IMG/VR virus record: IMGVR_UViG_3300006794_000002
From: a virus
Lineage: Duplodnaviria > Heunggongvirae > Uroviricota > Caudoviricetes
Length of the DNA: 64,000 nucleotides
Reading direction: 5' to 3' (one strand)
The notes beneath the pieces are model-generated. The model saw only the letters and a list, made by a program, of their open reading frames with translations, did no database searches and had not been told where the DNA came from. Shown here piece after piece: positions 53,067-62,807 of this stretch. The translations under genes were made by a program, and so were the position numbers. How positions within the stretch are numbered: position 1 is the stretch's first letter; each line of letters opens with the position of its first letter.

Positions 53067-53318
53067 GTGCCACGCATTACTAGGGCTGCACGAGATGGCA
53101 ACGGCCAAGCGGTCGAGGCTTACATATCCGCTTGGCGTCCCAACGATTGGGCCGACTCAGGTGGCCGAGAGGATACAGCGGTAACGCTGGAACTGTACTC
53201 TAACGAGGCATCCTCAGGCCGCAGCCTTAACCATGTTCTTTACATCAAGCGCGACGAGGCATTGCTGCTCGCTCGTGCTATCCACGACTCAGCAATTTAC
53301 TACAGGAGTGATGAATAA
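53067..53318 (+). CDS. hypothetical protein (83 aa) between the amidoligase and the amidotransferase
   Basis: Tightly coupled ORF (GTG/ATG start straight after the upstream stop). Confidence 0.3.
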   Translation: MPRITRAARDGNGQAVEAYISAWRPNDWADSGGREDTAVTLELYSNEASSGRSLNHVLYIKRDEALLLARAIHDSAIYYRSDE

Positions 53319-54347
53319 ATGTGTTTGATTGTACACCGGCCAACGGCTGGTGCCCATCTTCCGAACGCCATCATCGACAGTAACCTGTCGTACAATGATG
53401 ACGGCTTCGGACTTGCTTGGCGAGAGGGCGGACGACTGCGCTACCGCAAGTTCGGTCCCGCCGATCATCAGGCATTCAAGGCGTTCTTGAAGAAGATCGA
53501 CCAGACCGATAACGAGTACATGGCGCACTTCCGGATGACGACTCACGGGCCGTCGAACAAGGACATGGCGCATCCGTATCTTTACTCTGATGAAGAGTTC
53601 GGTGATGTTCTCGTCTTCCATAACGGCATCATCCCGATCAGCACTCCATCCGACAAGAGCGACACGCTGGTGTTTGTCGAGAGCGTGCTTTCGCAACTGC
53701 CATCGAAATGGTGGGAGCAGCCAGCGCTGAAATATCTGGTCGAGTCGGGCATCGGTTATTCACGGCTTGGCATCATGACGGGCGAAGAGTCGATCCGTAT
53801 CACGGGCGACAACAAGTGGGTCTTCCAGAACGGCATCTACTACAGCACTACGCCGATGCGGTCTACTACCACGAGTTGGCAGTACAATGGCGGCTGGAAC
53901 GATGAGGACTGGTACAAGACGTATCAGAGTAACTCCGCCCCAAAAGCGAGCAGCGCCGCGTCCGGCGCATCAAGCGAAAAGAACAACGACAAGCAAATCG
54001 GCTTCTCCAAGCCCACCGCAGGACAGGGCACCGTTGGTAAGTCTTGGATTCATGTAGGCCACACTGTTGAACCTACGGATGAGCCTGAGATTGTCGAAGG
54101 TGAAGCCTACGGTGAGGCATGGTGCCGCAACTGCGACACGTTGGGCGAGTACTACATCATTGACAACAAGGTGTACGTTGAACTGTCGCACAAGGTCGAG
54201 AAGGATGACGACGAGGAATATGCTCAGAGTCTAACGCATTGCATGGACTGTGGGCTATTCTTTCCTTCAGCCGAGGAACACACTTGCGACCCAAAAGTGT
54301 TTCTCCTGCCAGAGACAGCATCATCGTCAGTAGCGTCAAAGGCGTAA
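53319..54347 (+). CDS. class II (Ntn-type) glutamine amidotransferase-like protein
   Basis: Starts MCLIVHR…, so Cys2 would be the nucleophile after Met removal. …DDGFGLAW…HFRMTTHG… pattern. Cys-rich C-terminal tail (CRNCD…CMDCG…C). Confidence 0.5.
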   Translation: MCLIVHRPTAGAHLPNAIIDSNLSYNDDGFGLAWREGGRLRYRKFGPADHQAFKAFLKKIDQTDNEYMAHFRMTTHGPSNKDMAHPYLYSDEEFGDVLVFHNGIIPISTPSDKSDTLVFVESVLSQLPSKWWEQPALKYLVESGIGYSRLGIMTGEESIRITGDNKWVFQNGIYYSTTPMRSTTTSWQYNGGWNDEDWYKTYQSNSAPKASSAASGASSEKNNDKQIGFSKPTAGQGTVGKSWIHVGHTVEPTDEPEIVEGEAYGEAWCRNCDTLGEYYIIDNKVYVELSHKVEKDDDEEYAQSLTHCMDCGLFFPSAEEHTCDPKVFLLPETASSSVASKA

Positions 54348-54460
54348 AGGAGACTCAGGTACTACAGGACGAGCAGGAACTACAGGATTCAACGCGCTGG
54401 AAGGCGCTGATCCTACTTCCGGAAGGAGTTAACATTGTTGCAAATCGAGGATGATAACCC

Positions 54461-54787
54461 ATGGCTGGATTTAGGTGGGGAAGGGTAACTCAATACCGAC
54501 CCTACGCTAGACCGCCTAAGACGGTTAAGCAACGGTTACTTGCGAACTGCACAGATGAAGACAGGGGCTACGATAGTCCCTGTCTAATCTGGAATGGCGA
54601 GAAGGACCGTAATGGATACGGTAGAATCAAGCGTGATGGGCGCAGGGTGATGGCACACTGGATTCTCGTAGGCGACCCGCCTGAGGGAATGGAAGTTGAC
54701 CATCTCTGCAAGCAGCGTGATTGCGTGCGGCCCGACCATCTGGAATTCGTTACACGTCAGGAGAATCTAAGGAGACGAGATGAGTAA
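54461..54787 (+). CDS. HNH endonuclease
   Basis: CLIWNGEKDRNGYGRI…VDHLCKQRDCVRPDHLEFVTRQEN shows an HNH motif with zinc ligands. Confidence 0.6.
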   Translation: MAGFRWGRVTQYRPYARPPKTVKQRLLANCTDEDRGYDSPCLIWNGEKDRNGYGRIKRDGRRVMAHWILVGDPPEGMEVDHLCKQRDCVRPDHLEFVTRQENLRRRDE

Positions 54788-54955
54788 GTTCGTTGTCAAT
54801 ATGGATATCGAGGTAGAGGCGACCAGTTGGTTCGAAGCCGAGAGCATTGCTCGTGCTGCGCTGGAACGCTTTGAGCCTAGTACCATCCGAGAGATTTGGG
54901 GTGGCGAACAGCAGATCATCAATTGGGAAACACTGAGCGTTAACGAGAAGACCAA

Positions 54956-55165
54956 GTGAAGCGCAAGTTCCTGAACATCATAGTCGAATGGTGGGACGAG
55001 GACACCAGTACTGGCAATGTTGGCGCGTTCGACTCAACCGACATGACTCTTGACATCACCGATAGTCTGGACTCAATAGAGGACATATCTCTGAGCGCAA
55101 CCAAAGCGCTCGTTCACAAACTCTTCAAGATTCCAACCAGCGTACAGGAAGGTGGCCGAGGTTGA
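54956..55165 (+). CDS. hypothetical acidic protein
   Basis: 69-aa ORF. Confidence 0.3.
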   Translation: MKRKFLNIIVEWWDEDTSTGNVGAFDSTDMTLDITDSLDSIEDISLSATKALVHKLFKIPTSVQEGGRG

Positions 55166-55473
55166 GTGGTACCAGCGTTAAGGGGATCATGGAGCGCTAC
55201 GGAGACGTAGCGGTTTTGATCGCTGGCGAACTGGCAAAGAAGAACGCTGAGCGCAAGATGATGCACGAGATGTTGAACGAGGCGGGTGTGCCCGCTAACA
55301 GTGCGAACGGAGAGGCGATGTGCCTTCTCAATCGTGTCAACTATCTGGCTGATCTGTATGCCCGCATTCACGCAGTAGGGCGTCACGCTGTTACCGGCCC
55401 GACGCCAACTTTTCAAAACGATGATGTTTCAGATTTTTCCGAAAAACCACTGTCAAAGGCTGATTGTGAGTAA
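55162..55473 (+). CDS. hypothetical protein
   Basis: 103-aa ORF. Confidence 0.3.
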   Translation: MSGTSVKGIMERYGDVAVLIAGELAKKNAERKMMHEMLNEAGVPANSANGEAMCLLNRVNYLADLYARIHAVGRHAVTGPTPTFQNDDVSDFSEKPLSKADCE

Positions 55474-55494
55474 AACGAAGGGGGTGGGTAGGCT

Positions 55495-55764
55495 ATGCGA
55501 TACAACGTCTTCGTAAAGACACGGACAAATGCAAACGAGCCTCATATTCACCTTCGGAACGCGGGTATCAAGCCGTCGAAGGTCGAGCGGGTGTTCCGCG
55601 AGACGCTTCTGGACGAGTATGAGCGCCTGAATCGCGCTATGGTGGGCGATGATTGGGCTGAGATGTCAGGCCACGGCACTATCGAGGCTCTTGACGTGAC
55701 TGGTAGAGTTAAATTGAGCGATGGGACGGTTCTGGTGAGCCGAATTTACGCAGAAGAGGTCTGA
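55495..55764 (+). CDS. hypothetical protein
   Basis: 89-aa ORF with a GGGTGGGTAGGCTATG RBS. Confidence 0.35.
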   Translation: MRYNVFVKTRTNANEPHIHLRNAGIKPSKVERVFRETLLDEYERLNRAMVGDDWAEMSGHGTIEALDVTGRVKLSDGTVLVSRIYAEEV

Positions 55765-56100
55765 ATGAAGTTTGAAACGCTCTACAACTACCTGAAAGAG
55801 AAGAATTTCGTAGTTGTGGACATGAAATCGGGAAATGTGACGAAAGATGGCTTCATTTACGACATTGACTTCAAGTGGACCGTATCTGGCGACCTTTCGG
55901 ACACAGAATCGTTCGATTCTTCTGTCGAACGCTTTATTTCGCAGATGCCACGTCGATTTATGGTCGTGCGGCTCGTAGGAAACATGTATCAGGTAATTCC
56001 AGCGCAAATCGGCACTCAGTCGTTCGTTGCGGGCTGGATGAAGCGTGGTGGTGATGAAATCATGGTTTCTGCCACCGGAAGGGAAATTTTTCTCCGATGA
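55765..56100 (+). CDS. hypothetical protein
   Basis: 111-aa ORF. Confidence 0.35.
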   Translation: MKFETLYNYLKEKNFVVVDMKSGNVTKDGFIYDIDFKWTVSGDLSDTESFDSSVERFISQMPRRFMVVRLVGNMYQVIPAQIGTQSFVAGWMKRGGDEIMVSATGREIFLR

Positions 56101-56306
56101 TGAAGTTAGAAATTGATCGCAGCGAGAAGAACGGCTTCCAGTTCACTCTGGACGGCGGAATGCTCGTAACACTGCGTACTGACTCGCCTCAGGGCATTCA
56201 GGGCAGCGTTGCGAAGGCTGTTCGCGGTGGGAAGATCGAGATTGTCGAATTCCATCAGCGCGAGGGCGGCTGGACAATCCATGAGCCTACAACGTTGGAG
56301 ATGTAG
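56097..56306 (+). CDS. hypothetical protein
   Basis: 69-aa ORF. Confidence 0.3.
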   Translation: MMKLEIDRSEKNGFQFTLDGGMLVTLRTDSPQGIQGSVAKAVRGGKIEIVEFHQREGGWTIHEPTTLEM

Positions 56307-56481
56307 GAATGCCGAAGGTATCTGAACTGATTGACCAACTATACGCGATGGATCACGAGGCCGAGGTCGTAATCGTTGACGACAACTACAATTTCTTTGA
56401 AATTGAGGACGTTGATTACGAGGGTGATTCTGTGGCGCTGTTCATCGGCCAGCCAGAGCAAGGCGGAGTTGAGTTTTAGAA

Positions 56482-56754
56482 ATGGCTATCCGAGTTAGGC
56501 TAGCAATCGAACCTCACGGTGACTCGATCTTCACGATGCCAGCGGGCGAGATTCATATCTGGAACGCTCGTCGTGAGTCTGAGGACGGCACGAAGGGTGT
56601 CTATGGCTATGCTCTCACCGGAGACTGGAAGCACTTCGAACAGCGTATTGACAAGGGTCTGTATGCTGGTGGTAGCGTCGAAATCGACCGAGTGAACGAA
56701 GGCGCTTGGCAAACTGTTGCTAAGGTCATACAGAAGGTGTTCGAAGATGCCTAA
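56482..56754 (+). CDS. hypothetical protein
   Basis: 90-aa ORF. Confidence 0.35.
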   Translation: MAIRVRLAIEPHGDSIFTMPAGEIHIWNARRESEDGTKGVYGYALTGDWKHFEQRIDKGLYAGGSVEIDRVNEGAWQTVAKVIQKVFEDA

Positions 56755-56986
56755 GAACTGGCAAGCACGAGAGAAGAAGGTTCAGAAGCGCCAGAATGGG
56801 ATGCGAGTCTCAGGACGCTCGATCTTCGTCGTTCGTGACTCGCAACGTAAACGAGACAAGGAGAAAATCGGTGATTCGCTATTGGAGAGTCCTGAGAGAT
56901 GGGACAGTGACTCGCGGAGTTAAACTCTGGCGAATCACGCTTCTCTTTACTACCGTTATGACTGGACGCAAGACGCTTCAGGTCTG

Positions 56987-57190
56987 GTGGATTTGATGGA
57001 GATGTGGACTAAATCGCAGTTCCAGACCATTATCAAACTGCTAGAGTACGGCGGATGGGTGCAGAAAATGGAGCCTTCAGAATTCGAAGGCGTCTTGCGT
57101 GTGAGCATCAAGCACTCCGAGCAGCGCGACGGTGACTGGACCGAAGTGTACCTTATTGGACGCGACGGCGACAAGATAAAGGTGAATTGA
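56987..57190 (+). CDS. hypothetical protein
   Basis: 67-aa ORF. Confidence 0.3.
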   Translation: MDLMEMWTKSQFQTIIKLLEYGGWVQKMEPSEFEGVLRVSIKHSEQRDGDWTEVYLIGRDGDKIKVN

Positions 57191-57191
57191 T

Positions 57192-57497
57192 ATGGGCGCT
57201 GATCTTTATTTGCTAGAGCGCGAACTTCGTGCGAGCGGCAAGATGATTGATCCTGACGACTTCGGACATGACGTGAACGTTGCCGAGTACAGCATTCACG
57301 AATGGTTGAAGTCCGATCAGGCTCAGGAGTTCTTCAGCGACTATCTTGGCTGGTACGACGGATACGACAACTGGCACGAGAACTTCGACGGCGAAGGCCA
57401 CAACATGTATCAAGTCAGCGCCGAGAATATGCTGGCGGCAGTGGCTAAGAAATACAAGGAAGCGTCAGAGACGCTGAAGGGTAGAAAGAAGAAGTAA
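57192..57497 (+). CDS. hypothetical protein
   Basis: 101-aa ORF. Confidence 0.35.
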   Translation: MGADLYLLERELRASGKMIDPDDFGHDVNVAEYSIHEWLKSDQAQEFFSDYLGWYDGYDNWHENFDGEGHNMYQVSAENMLAAVAKKYKEASETLKGRKKK

Positions 57498-58297
57498 TGA
57501 TTTCAGTATTCGTCAACTCGCAGAACAGCGAAGCGACGAAGCGCAACTACCAGTACGACCTAGATACGTGGTTTCGATATCTCAACGGAGTCCAACCCGA
57601 CGAGAGCAGCGCCATCCAGTACCGAAACTGGCTGGAACTAAACTACGCTCCCTCTAGCGCGGCTCGTATGTTCAACACCGTGAGACAATACTATCGCTTC
57701 ATGGGCGGCGCAAATCCTTTGGAGAGAATCAAGTCCCCAAAGACCGTGAAAAATCGGGTGCCAAAAGTCCCTAGCGATAAGGTTGTCGAGGCGATGTTGC
57801 GGCTTTGCCGTGACCCGCGAGACACAGTTGTTCTGGCGTTGCTACTGAATGGCCTACGGAGTGAAGAGGTTACGCGACTGACGGCTAACGACTGGCAGTA
57901 CGAGCCTCTTTACTCCGCATGGGTAATCAGCGTCATTGGGAAGGGCAACAAGGCCCGTAGAGTCCCTGCAACGGCTGAAACTGTTCAAGCAGTCTCCGGA
58001 TACCTATCTAGGAGAAATCAGTCGTCTGCGTGGCTTGTACAGGCCCGTGGGGGCAATCGAATGTCCACCCGACAGGTCCAGTACGTTTGTGAGAAGTATT
58101 CGGGCGGCAAAATCCGCCCTCACGCCCTTAGGCACCACTATGCTACCCGCTTGGTACGGGCTGGCGTAAACCTAATTGCGGTGCGTGATCTGCTAGGTCA
58201 CGAGGATGTACAGACCACACAGATTTACACTTCCCTTGACTTGGCCGGTATAATTGAAGCAGCAAGGGCAGACCCAAGAAACGAGGTTGGTAAGTGA
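57497..58297 (+). CDS. int: tyrosine recombinase / integrase (XerD-like)
   Basis: C-terminal catalytic signature [39 protein letters not shown] (R…HxxR…Y). The N-terminal SAM-like core-binding region is present. Confidence 0.7.
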   Translation: MISVFVNSQNSEATKRNYQYDLDTWFRYLNGVQPDESSAIQYRNWLELNYAPSSAARMFNTVRQYYRFMGGANPLERIKSPKTVKNRVPKVPSDKVVEAMLRLCRDPRDTVVLALLLNGLRSEEVTRLTANDWQYEPLYSAWVISVIGKGNKARRVPATAETVQAVSGYLSRRNQSSAWLVQARGGNRMSTRQVQYVCEKYSGGKIRPHALRHHYATRLVRAGVNLIAVRDLLGHEDVQTTQIYTSLDLAGIIEAARADPRNEVGK

Positions 58298-58983
58298 AAG
58301 CGGTGTTCAATCAAGGTCTTCGACGTATTGGCAAGACGATGGAAACGCCGAGCCAAGACGTGATCGAGGCCACACTTAATCTGAGACAGGTGAGCCTAGA
58401 AGACGCCGCTAAGTACGGCGGTCCTGTGGTCCGCGCTGCTCTGGACATCTTTGAACCTCATGGGTACCGCAACTACATCACTGTTGACACTAAGGTTAAC
58501 TTCCTGATGGCGGGTATGATCCCTGCAATTCCGGGCTGGCACACCGATGGCGTTCCGCGTGGTGACTCCTTGCGGCCCGATTCTCGCGGCAATCCGCGTA
58601 TCGCAGCACAGATCGACGGCACTCACGTCTCTCGCAGTTTCTATCATCTGGTAGAGGTTGGCGGGCACTCCAAGACAGAGTTTTTGACGGATCGTAACGT
58701 TGAACTGGAAGTAGTTGACGACGACCGCGCTCTGTATGAAAATGTGAGCCGACAGGTCAGCGAAAAACTCAACGTGTACGAACTTTCCCCGTGGAGCATC
58801 CGTGAGGGCGAGATGGTACAGTGGGATTGGTGGGAACTGCATCGTGCTGTCCCTGCATCCGCCGCTGGCTGGCGAGCGCTTATCCGGTTTACCGAGAGCG
58901 ATTACATCAAGCCGCGCACAGACCCAAGCGACTTCATCCGCACGCAGACGCAAGTCTATGTGCCAACACAGTTTGGATGGTAA
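58294..58983 (+). CDS. hypothetical protein (229 aa)
   Basis: ORF containing a [10 protein letters not shown] segment. No confident family assignment. Confidence 0.35.
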   Translation: MKAVFNQGLRRIGKTMETPSQDVIEATLNLRQVSLEDAAKYGGPVVRAALDIFEPHGYRNYITVDTKVNFLMAGMIPAIPGWHTDGVPRGDSLRPDSRGNPRIAAQIDGTHVSRSFYHLVEVGGHSKTEFLTDRNVELEVVDDDRALYENVSRQVSEKLNVYELSPWSIREGEMVQWDWWELHRAVPASAAGWRALIRFTESDYIKPRTDPSDFIRTQTQVYVPTQFGW

Positions 58984-58985
58984 AG

Positions 58986-59308
58986 TGAAACTGGTTTACA
59001 TTGGCGATACGTTCTACGATAACACATCGTCGTACATGAGCAGTATCTACACCGAGGACGGTCAGCGGTCTGATTGGGGCAAGGTCAGCATGGCTCTACG
59101 TGCTGGCGACAGCGTTCAGATACGTCCTGCCACTAAGGAAGAACTGGATGTGTACTACTCTCATGCAGACAAGATCATAGATGGCTGGAATAGCCCGGAT
59201 TCAACGTTCATGCCCGGACTTGGTAACTTCGACAAAGGTGACTATAGTCCAGCACAACTAACCATGGCCGCACTAGCGACCAAAGCAAGGATAAGAGGTA
59301 TCAAGTGA
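58986..59308 (+). CDS. hypothetical protein (probable GTG start)
   Basis: The listed Met start at 58802 overlaps the previous gene by 180 nt. A GTG straight after the upstream stop is preferred. Confidence 0.25.
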
Positions 59309-59526
59309 AGTTCGTAGTTAGTTTCAACTGGTCCTTTGAGGACTGGAAGAAGTACGTTCAGGGCGAGTTCGGTGAGAAGAGCGGCAACGGCGCTCTGATG
59401 AAGGCGAAGTTGGCTGAGTACCCTACGCTGGAAGATGCGTACAAGGCTTTCGCTACCTTTGACCTTTCAAGTGTTCTTAGCACCACCTACGGCGACTACA
59501 CAATCGCTGAAGTCTTGGAGGACTAA
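59305..59526 (+). CDS. hypothetical protein
   Basis: 73-aa ORF. Confidence 0.3.
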   Translation: MKFVVSFNWSFEDWKKYVQGEFGEKSGNGALMKAKLAEYPTLEDAYKAFATFDLSSVLSTTYGDYTIAEVLED

Positions 59527-59885
59527 TGGGCGACCGAGGAAACATCGCAGTAAAGCAGTGGGACGGCGATGCCGTCTTCCTGTACACACATTGGGGTGGC
59601 TCAGAGATTGGCAGCGTGCTTCAGACAGCACTTCGCAAGCACTGGCGATGGGATGACCCCGCCTACCTTACGCGCATCGTGTTTGATGTGTTGACGGCTG
59701 GCGAGACTGGCTCTGAGACAGGCTACGGTATCTCAACATCACCGCCTGATAATGAACACCCGATCCTGACTGTTGACACGAAGGCTCAAACTGTGTCGGC
59801 AGAGGGCATCAAGTCTTGGACCTTCGAAGAGTTCATTGCTCTTGAAGACGCTAACGAGGCTGTAAATGACAAGGACTACGACTAG
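59526..59885 (+). CDS. hypothetical protein
   Basis: 119-aa ORF. Confidence 0.35.
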   Translation: MGDRGNIAVKQWDGDAVFLYTHWGGSEIGSVLQTALRKHWRWDDPAYLTRIVFDVLTAGETGSETGYGISTSPPDNEHPILTVDTKAQTVSAEGIKSWTFEEFIALEDANEAVNDKDYD

Positions 59886-60174
59886 TTATAAGGCTCGCCG
59901 CGCTGAGTGGGTCAAGAGCGCTATCAAGTCTCATACAGACAACGGATGGCGCTCACCTGACCAGACAATTCTGGTTGTAGCGTGCGATAGGTATGACTAC
60001 GAGGACTACCCTGTATTCCTAAGGCCACTTGACGTGGCTGATAGGATTGAGGAACTGCAAAACAGCAGCATGTCTAGTGTCCACGAGGTCTTCGACCTTG
60101 AAGGGGACATTGACTCGCAACTGGAAAAGTCATTCGTTTGGATGGTTCCAGATCGTCCTGATCTATGGGAGTGA
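59866..60174 (+). CDS. hypothetical protein
   Basis: 102-aa ORF. Confidence 0.3.
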   Translation: MTRTTTSYKARRAEWVKSAIKSHTDNGWRSPDQTILVVACDRYDYEDYPVFLRPLDVADRIEELQNSSMSSVHEVFDLEGDIDSQLEKSFVWMVPDRPDLWE

Positions 60175-60177
60175 GCA

Positions 60178-60399
60178 GTGCCAAAGAAATGGGGAAGCCT
60201 TGAAGCAGCGCGGAAGGCTGTGCTAGGCAAAGAGAAGAGAAAGCGAGGACGCCCACCGAAAGACCCTAACCGTAAAGTTTGGAATACCAAACTCACTAAC
60301 AAAGGTCTAGACCCATGCCCTAACTGCGGATTCCCTGAGGCATATGGCGGATACTGCGAAGAGTGTGGGTGGATGGAAAAGGTTAAGTTCTCAAACTGA
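60178..60399 (+). CDS. zinc-ribbon protein with basic N-terminus
   Basis: KRKRGRPPKDPN then CPNCGF…CEECGW. Confidence 0.35.
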   Translation: MPKKWGSLEAARKAVLGKEKRKRGRPPKDPNRKVWNTKLTNKGLDPCPNCGFPEAYGGYCEECGWMEKVKFSN

Positions 60400-60414
60400 G
60401 AGAAAGGTAATTAG

Positions 60415-61338
60415 TTGTTAGGATTGATTTTCCTAGTCGTCGGTGTTGTTCTCATCATCGGCGCATTTGTCCCCGCGTGGATTTCTAGCGAGCGGGCGAC
60501 TGGTCCCTCTGCTAAGTCCGTTGGCGGTGGCTGTCTTCTGGCGATTGTAGGCGCACTCGTGATCCTGTTTGGCTTGGGCTTCGCTGAAGTTCCTGCCGGT
60601 CAGGTCGGTGTGGTCACGTCGTTCGGCCAGATTCACAACGAAACACTTGGTCCGGGCCTTCACTGGTTCCCGCCATTCCTGAATAACGTCACCCTGATGG
60701 ATGGTCGTGTTCAGGTCTATGAATTCAAGGATATCTCCGGTGCGTCAAGCGACCTTCAGGAAGTTACCCTGACAGGCATCGTGAACTTCCACCTTGATGC
60801 TGCGAAGGCGTCTGAGATTTATCAGACAGTCGGCGTGGACTACAAGGAGAAGGTCTTCACCCGTCCTGCTGATACGATCCTGAAGAGCATTACGCCTAAG
60901 TTCAAGGCGCAGGATATCGTCGGCCAGCGTGTCACAATCGGCGCTCAAACCGCTGAGGCACTACAGGCTGCGGTCCTTCGTTATGGCATCGTGGTTGACA
61001 GCGTTAACATCTCCAACATTGGCTTGTCGGCTGACTTCCTACAGGCAATCGAGGACAAGGTTAAGGCTGAGCAGGAAGCACAGCGTCAGGAGACGCTCAT
61101 TCGTGTGTCTGAGGCTGAGGCTAAGCAGCGTATTGCTAAGGCAAACGGTGAGGCTGAGGCTACCCGCATCGCGGCGCAGGGCCAAGCGGATGCTAACGCG
61201 CTTTTGAATAGCAGTCTTACCCCTGAACTGATTCAGTGGTCGAGCATTCAGAAGTTGAATCCGAATGTTCAGGTCATCTATCTTCCAAGCACCGGCTCGT
61301 TCATCCTGCCGTTGCCATCGACTGGTGGAGGTCAGTAA
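60415..61338 (+). CDS. SPFH/band-7 (stomatin/prohibitin/HflKC-like) membrane protein
   Basis: N-terminal TM helix, then EVPAGQVGVVTSFGQI…GLHWFPPF… (SPFH core) and a long Ala/Glu/Gln-rich coiled coil. Confidence 0.6.
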   Translation: MLGLIFLVVGVVLIIGAFVPAWISSERATGPSAKSVGGGCLLAIVGALVILFGLGFAEVPAGQVGVVTSFGQIHNETLGPGLHWFPPFLNNVTLMDGRVQVYEFKDISGASSDLQEVTLTGIVNFHLDAAKASEIYQTVGVDYKEKVFTRPADTILKSITPKFKAQDIVGQRVTIGAQTAEALQAAVLRYGIVVDSVNISNIGLSADFLQAIEDKVKAEQEAQRQETLIRVSEAEAKQRIAKANGEAEATRIAAQGQADANALLNSSLTPELIQWSSIQKLNPNVQVIYLPSTGSFILPLPSTGGGQ

Positions 61339-61436
61339 ATGAAGCGACTCATCGCGGCCCTCTTGGTCGCGCTCGTGCTGGTCACGGGTTGTTCGCAAAG
61401 TGCAAGTAGTTCGGGCGGTTCTCCTGCCCCCACGAC

Positions 61437-61649
61437 TTGCGTAAGTGGAATGTAGCCATGCTGAAAGCACTTGTTGTCGGCCTAGCGCTGGCGCTTCTAG
61501 TGTCGGCTGGCTTCTCGCTCCTTACAGTGGCTATCGGATTCACCACCACTAACTTCGGAGTACTGGCGTTCATCGTCAACTTCGTTGGCGGCATGGTGGT
61601 CGGATTCCTCTGTATGAGTTGGGCCTTAGACCGCTACTGGAAGTACTAA
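61437..61649 (+). CDS. small membrane protein (2 TM helices)
   Basis: Hydrophobic 70-aa ORF immediately after the SPFH gene. Confidence 0.35.
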   Translation: MRKWNVAMLKALVVGLALALLVSAGFSLLTVAIGFTTTNFGVLAFIVNFVGGMVVGFLCMSWALDRYWKY

Positions 61650-61654
61650 AAAGA

Positions 61655-61695
61655 AAAGCCCCCGACCCGCAAGGGAAGGGGGCTTCTTTTATTTG
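61655..61695. terminator. bidirectional rho-independent terminator
   Basis: AAAAGCCCCCgacccgcaagggaaGGGGGCTTCTTTTATTT hairpin plus T-tract between convergent genes. Confidence 0.6.
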
Positions 61696-62126
61696 CCTTC
61701 TAGTTCTGCGACTCGCAGTTCCAAAAAGTCTCGTTGCTTCTCGGCTTCTAGCAGTTCTGCGTGTCGGGCTTCCGTTAGCATATGGATGGACGGCACTTTC
61801 TTGCGAAGTTTCAGCGGCACACCAAGATCGATATTGGTAGGCTCGATCCTGAGTAGTGCTTCTTTGTTCTGCGTAGCGGCTACGTCAAGTATTTGCTTCC
61901 ACCATTTCCACAGTCGAGCAGGAACTTTGACTTGCTTGTTCTCGGCGGCATAAGTCTTGCTGATGACATCAAACTGTAGGCCCGTGATATGGCCCACACG
62001 TCCTGTGCTGGACGCTATGCCCTTGAATCGTAGGTCTGGTGCGTCATGCTCTAGCAGCCAGTGTCCTAGATCGCGCTCGCTCTGCTTGGAGCGCTTGATA
62101 CGTAATTGGGATTCTGACCTAGGCAT
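61689..62126 (-). CDS. hypothetical protein (145 aa; possible nuclease)
   Basis: ORF with basic and acidic segments. No confident motif. Confidence 0.3.
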   Translation of the reverse strand: MPRSESQLRIKRSKQSERDLGHWLLEHDAPDLRFKGIASSTGRVGHITGLQFDVISKTYAAENKQVKVPARLWKWWKQILDVAATQNKEALLRIEPTNIDLGVPLKLRKKVPSIHMLTEARHAELLEAEKQRDFLELRVAELEGK

Positions 62127-62208
62127 CTACCATCTCTCCACAGTGGATGCATTTGCCCTTGTAGGCCATTGCTCCGTCTTTCGGACAGTACACCATGCCG
62201 TTACTCAT
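62119..62208 (-). CDS. small zinc-ribbon ORF (29 aa: MSNGMVYCPKDGAMAYKGKCIHCGEMVDA)
   Basis: Hand-translated. GGAG lies 9 nt upstream. Stop overlaps the downstream ATG (ATGCCTAG). Absent from the ≥60-aa ORF track. Confidence 0.3.
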   Translation of the reverse strand: MSNGMVYCPKDGAMAYKGKCIHCGEMVDA

Positions 62209-62257
62209 CCACGGCTCCACTGGTGGGAGATGCCCGACCGGATCGTTCAGATCGTCA

Positions 62258-62800
62258 TCAGTTGGTTCGCTTACTACTTCCTTCGGTATGTCTGACAAAG
62301 GGATACTCCAACGGCATTAATTCGGGAAACCTGTTAGGATACCCGTCGATTAGTTTCAAGTGCTGTGCGTTGTCCGTAACGGCTACAGAGGCAAGCATGT
62401 CCCTGTGTTCGGCCTTCACGTCCTTAAAGGCGTACACCTTGTACTTGATCGAGAGGAATGCGTGATCCTCAAACGACAGGTAGTTAACCTGTCCAGCACC
62501 AACGCCCATAGACTTCCACTTCCATGTTCGTAGGGTGTTTACTTCAAATTCAATAACCGGCTCACGGTTTGATACGCGGACGGCACTTTTATCTCTTCCC
62601 AACTTCCACGAAATTGCAGCCTCGGCCTTGTCAATTAAAACCTGAGCGGTCCAATCGATATCACCCCACACTGGATATTCGTATACGGCATAGAGTTGAT
62701 CTATGTAGTACGTTACTGTCGGAAAGAGGTAGGGACCAACGGCATAACCGCTGGCCCCACCCTGAGCAATATACTTTTCGATTTCAGGGTTTGTTACCAC
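62258..62800 (-). CDS. hypothetical protein (180 aa)
   Basis: ORF packed next to the exonuclease gene. Confidence 0.35.
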   Translation of the reverse strand: MVTNPEIEKYIAQGGASGYAVGPYLFPTVTYYIDQLYAVYEYPVWGDIDWTAQVLIDKAEAAISWKLGRDKSAVRVSNREPVIEFEVNTLRTWKWKSMGVGAGQVNYLSFEDHAFLSIKYKVYAFKDVKAEHRDMLASVAVTDNAQHLKLIDGYPNRFPELMPLEYPFVRHTEGSSKRTN

Positions 62801-62807
62801 TTGGTTC

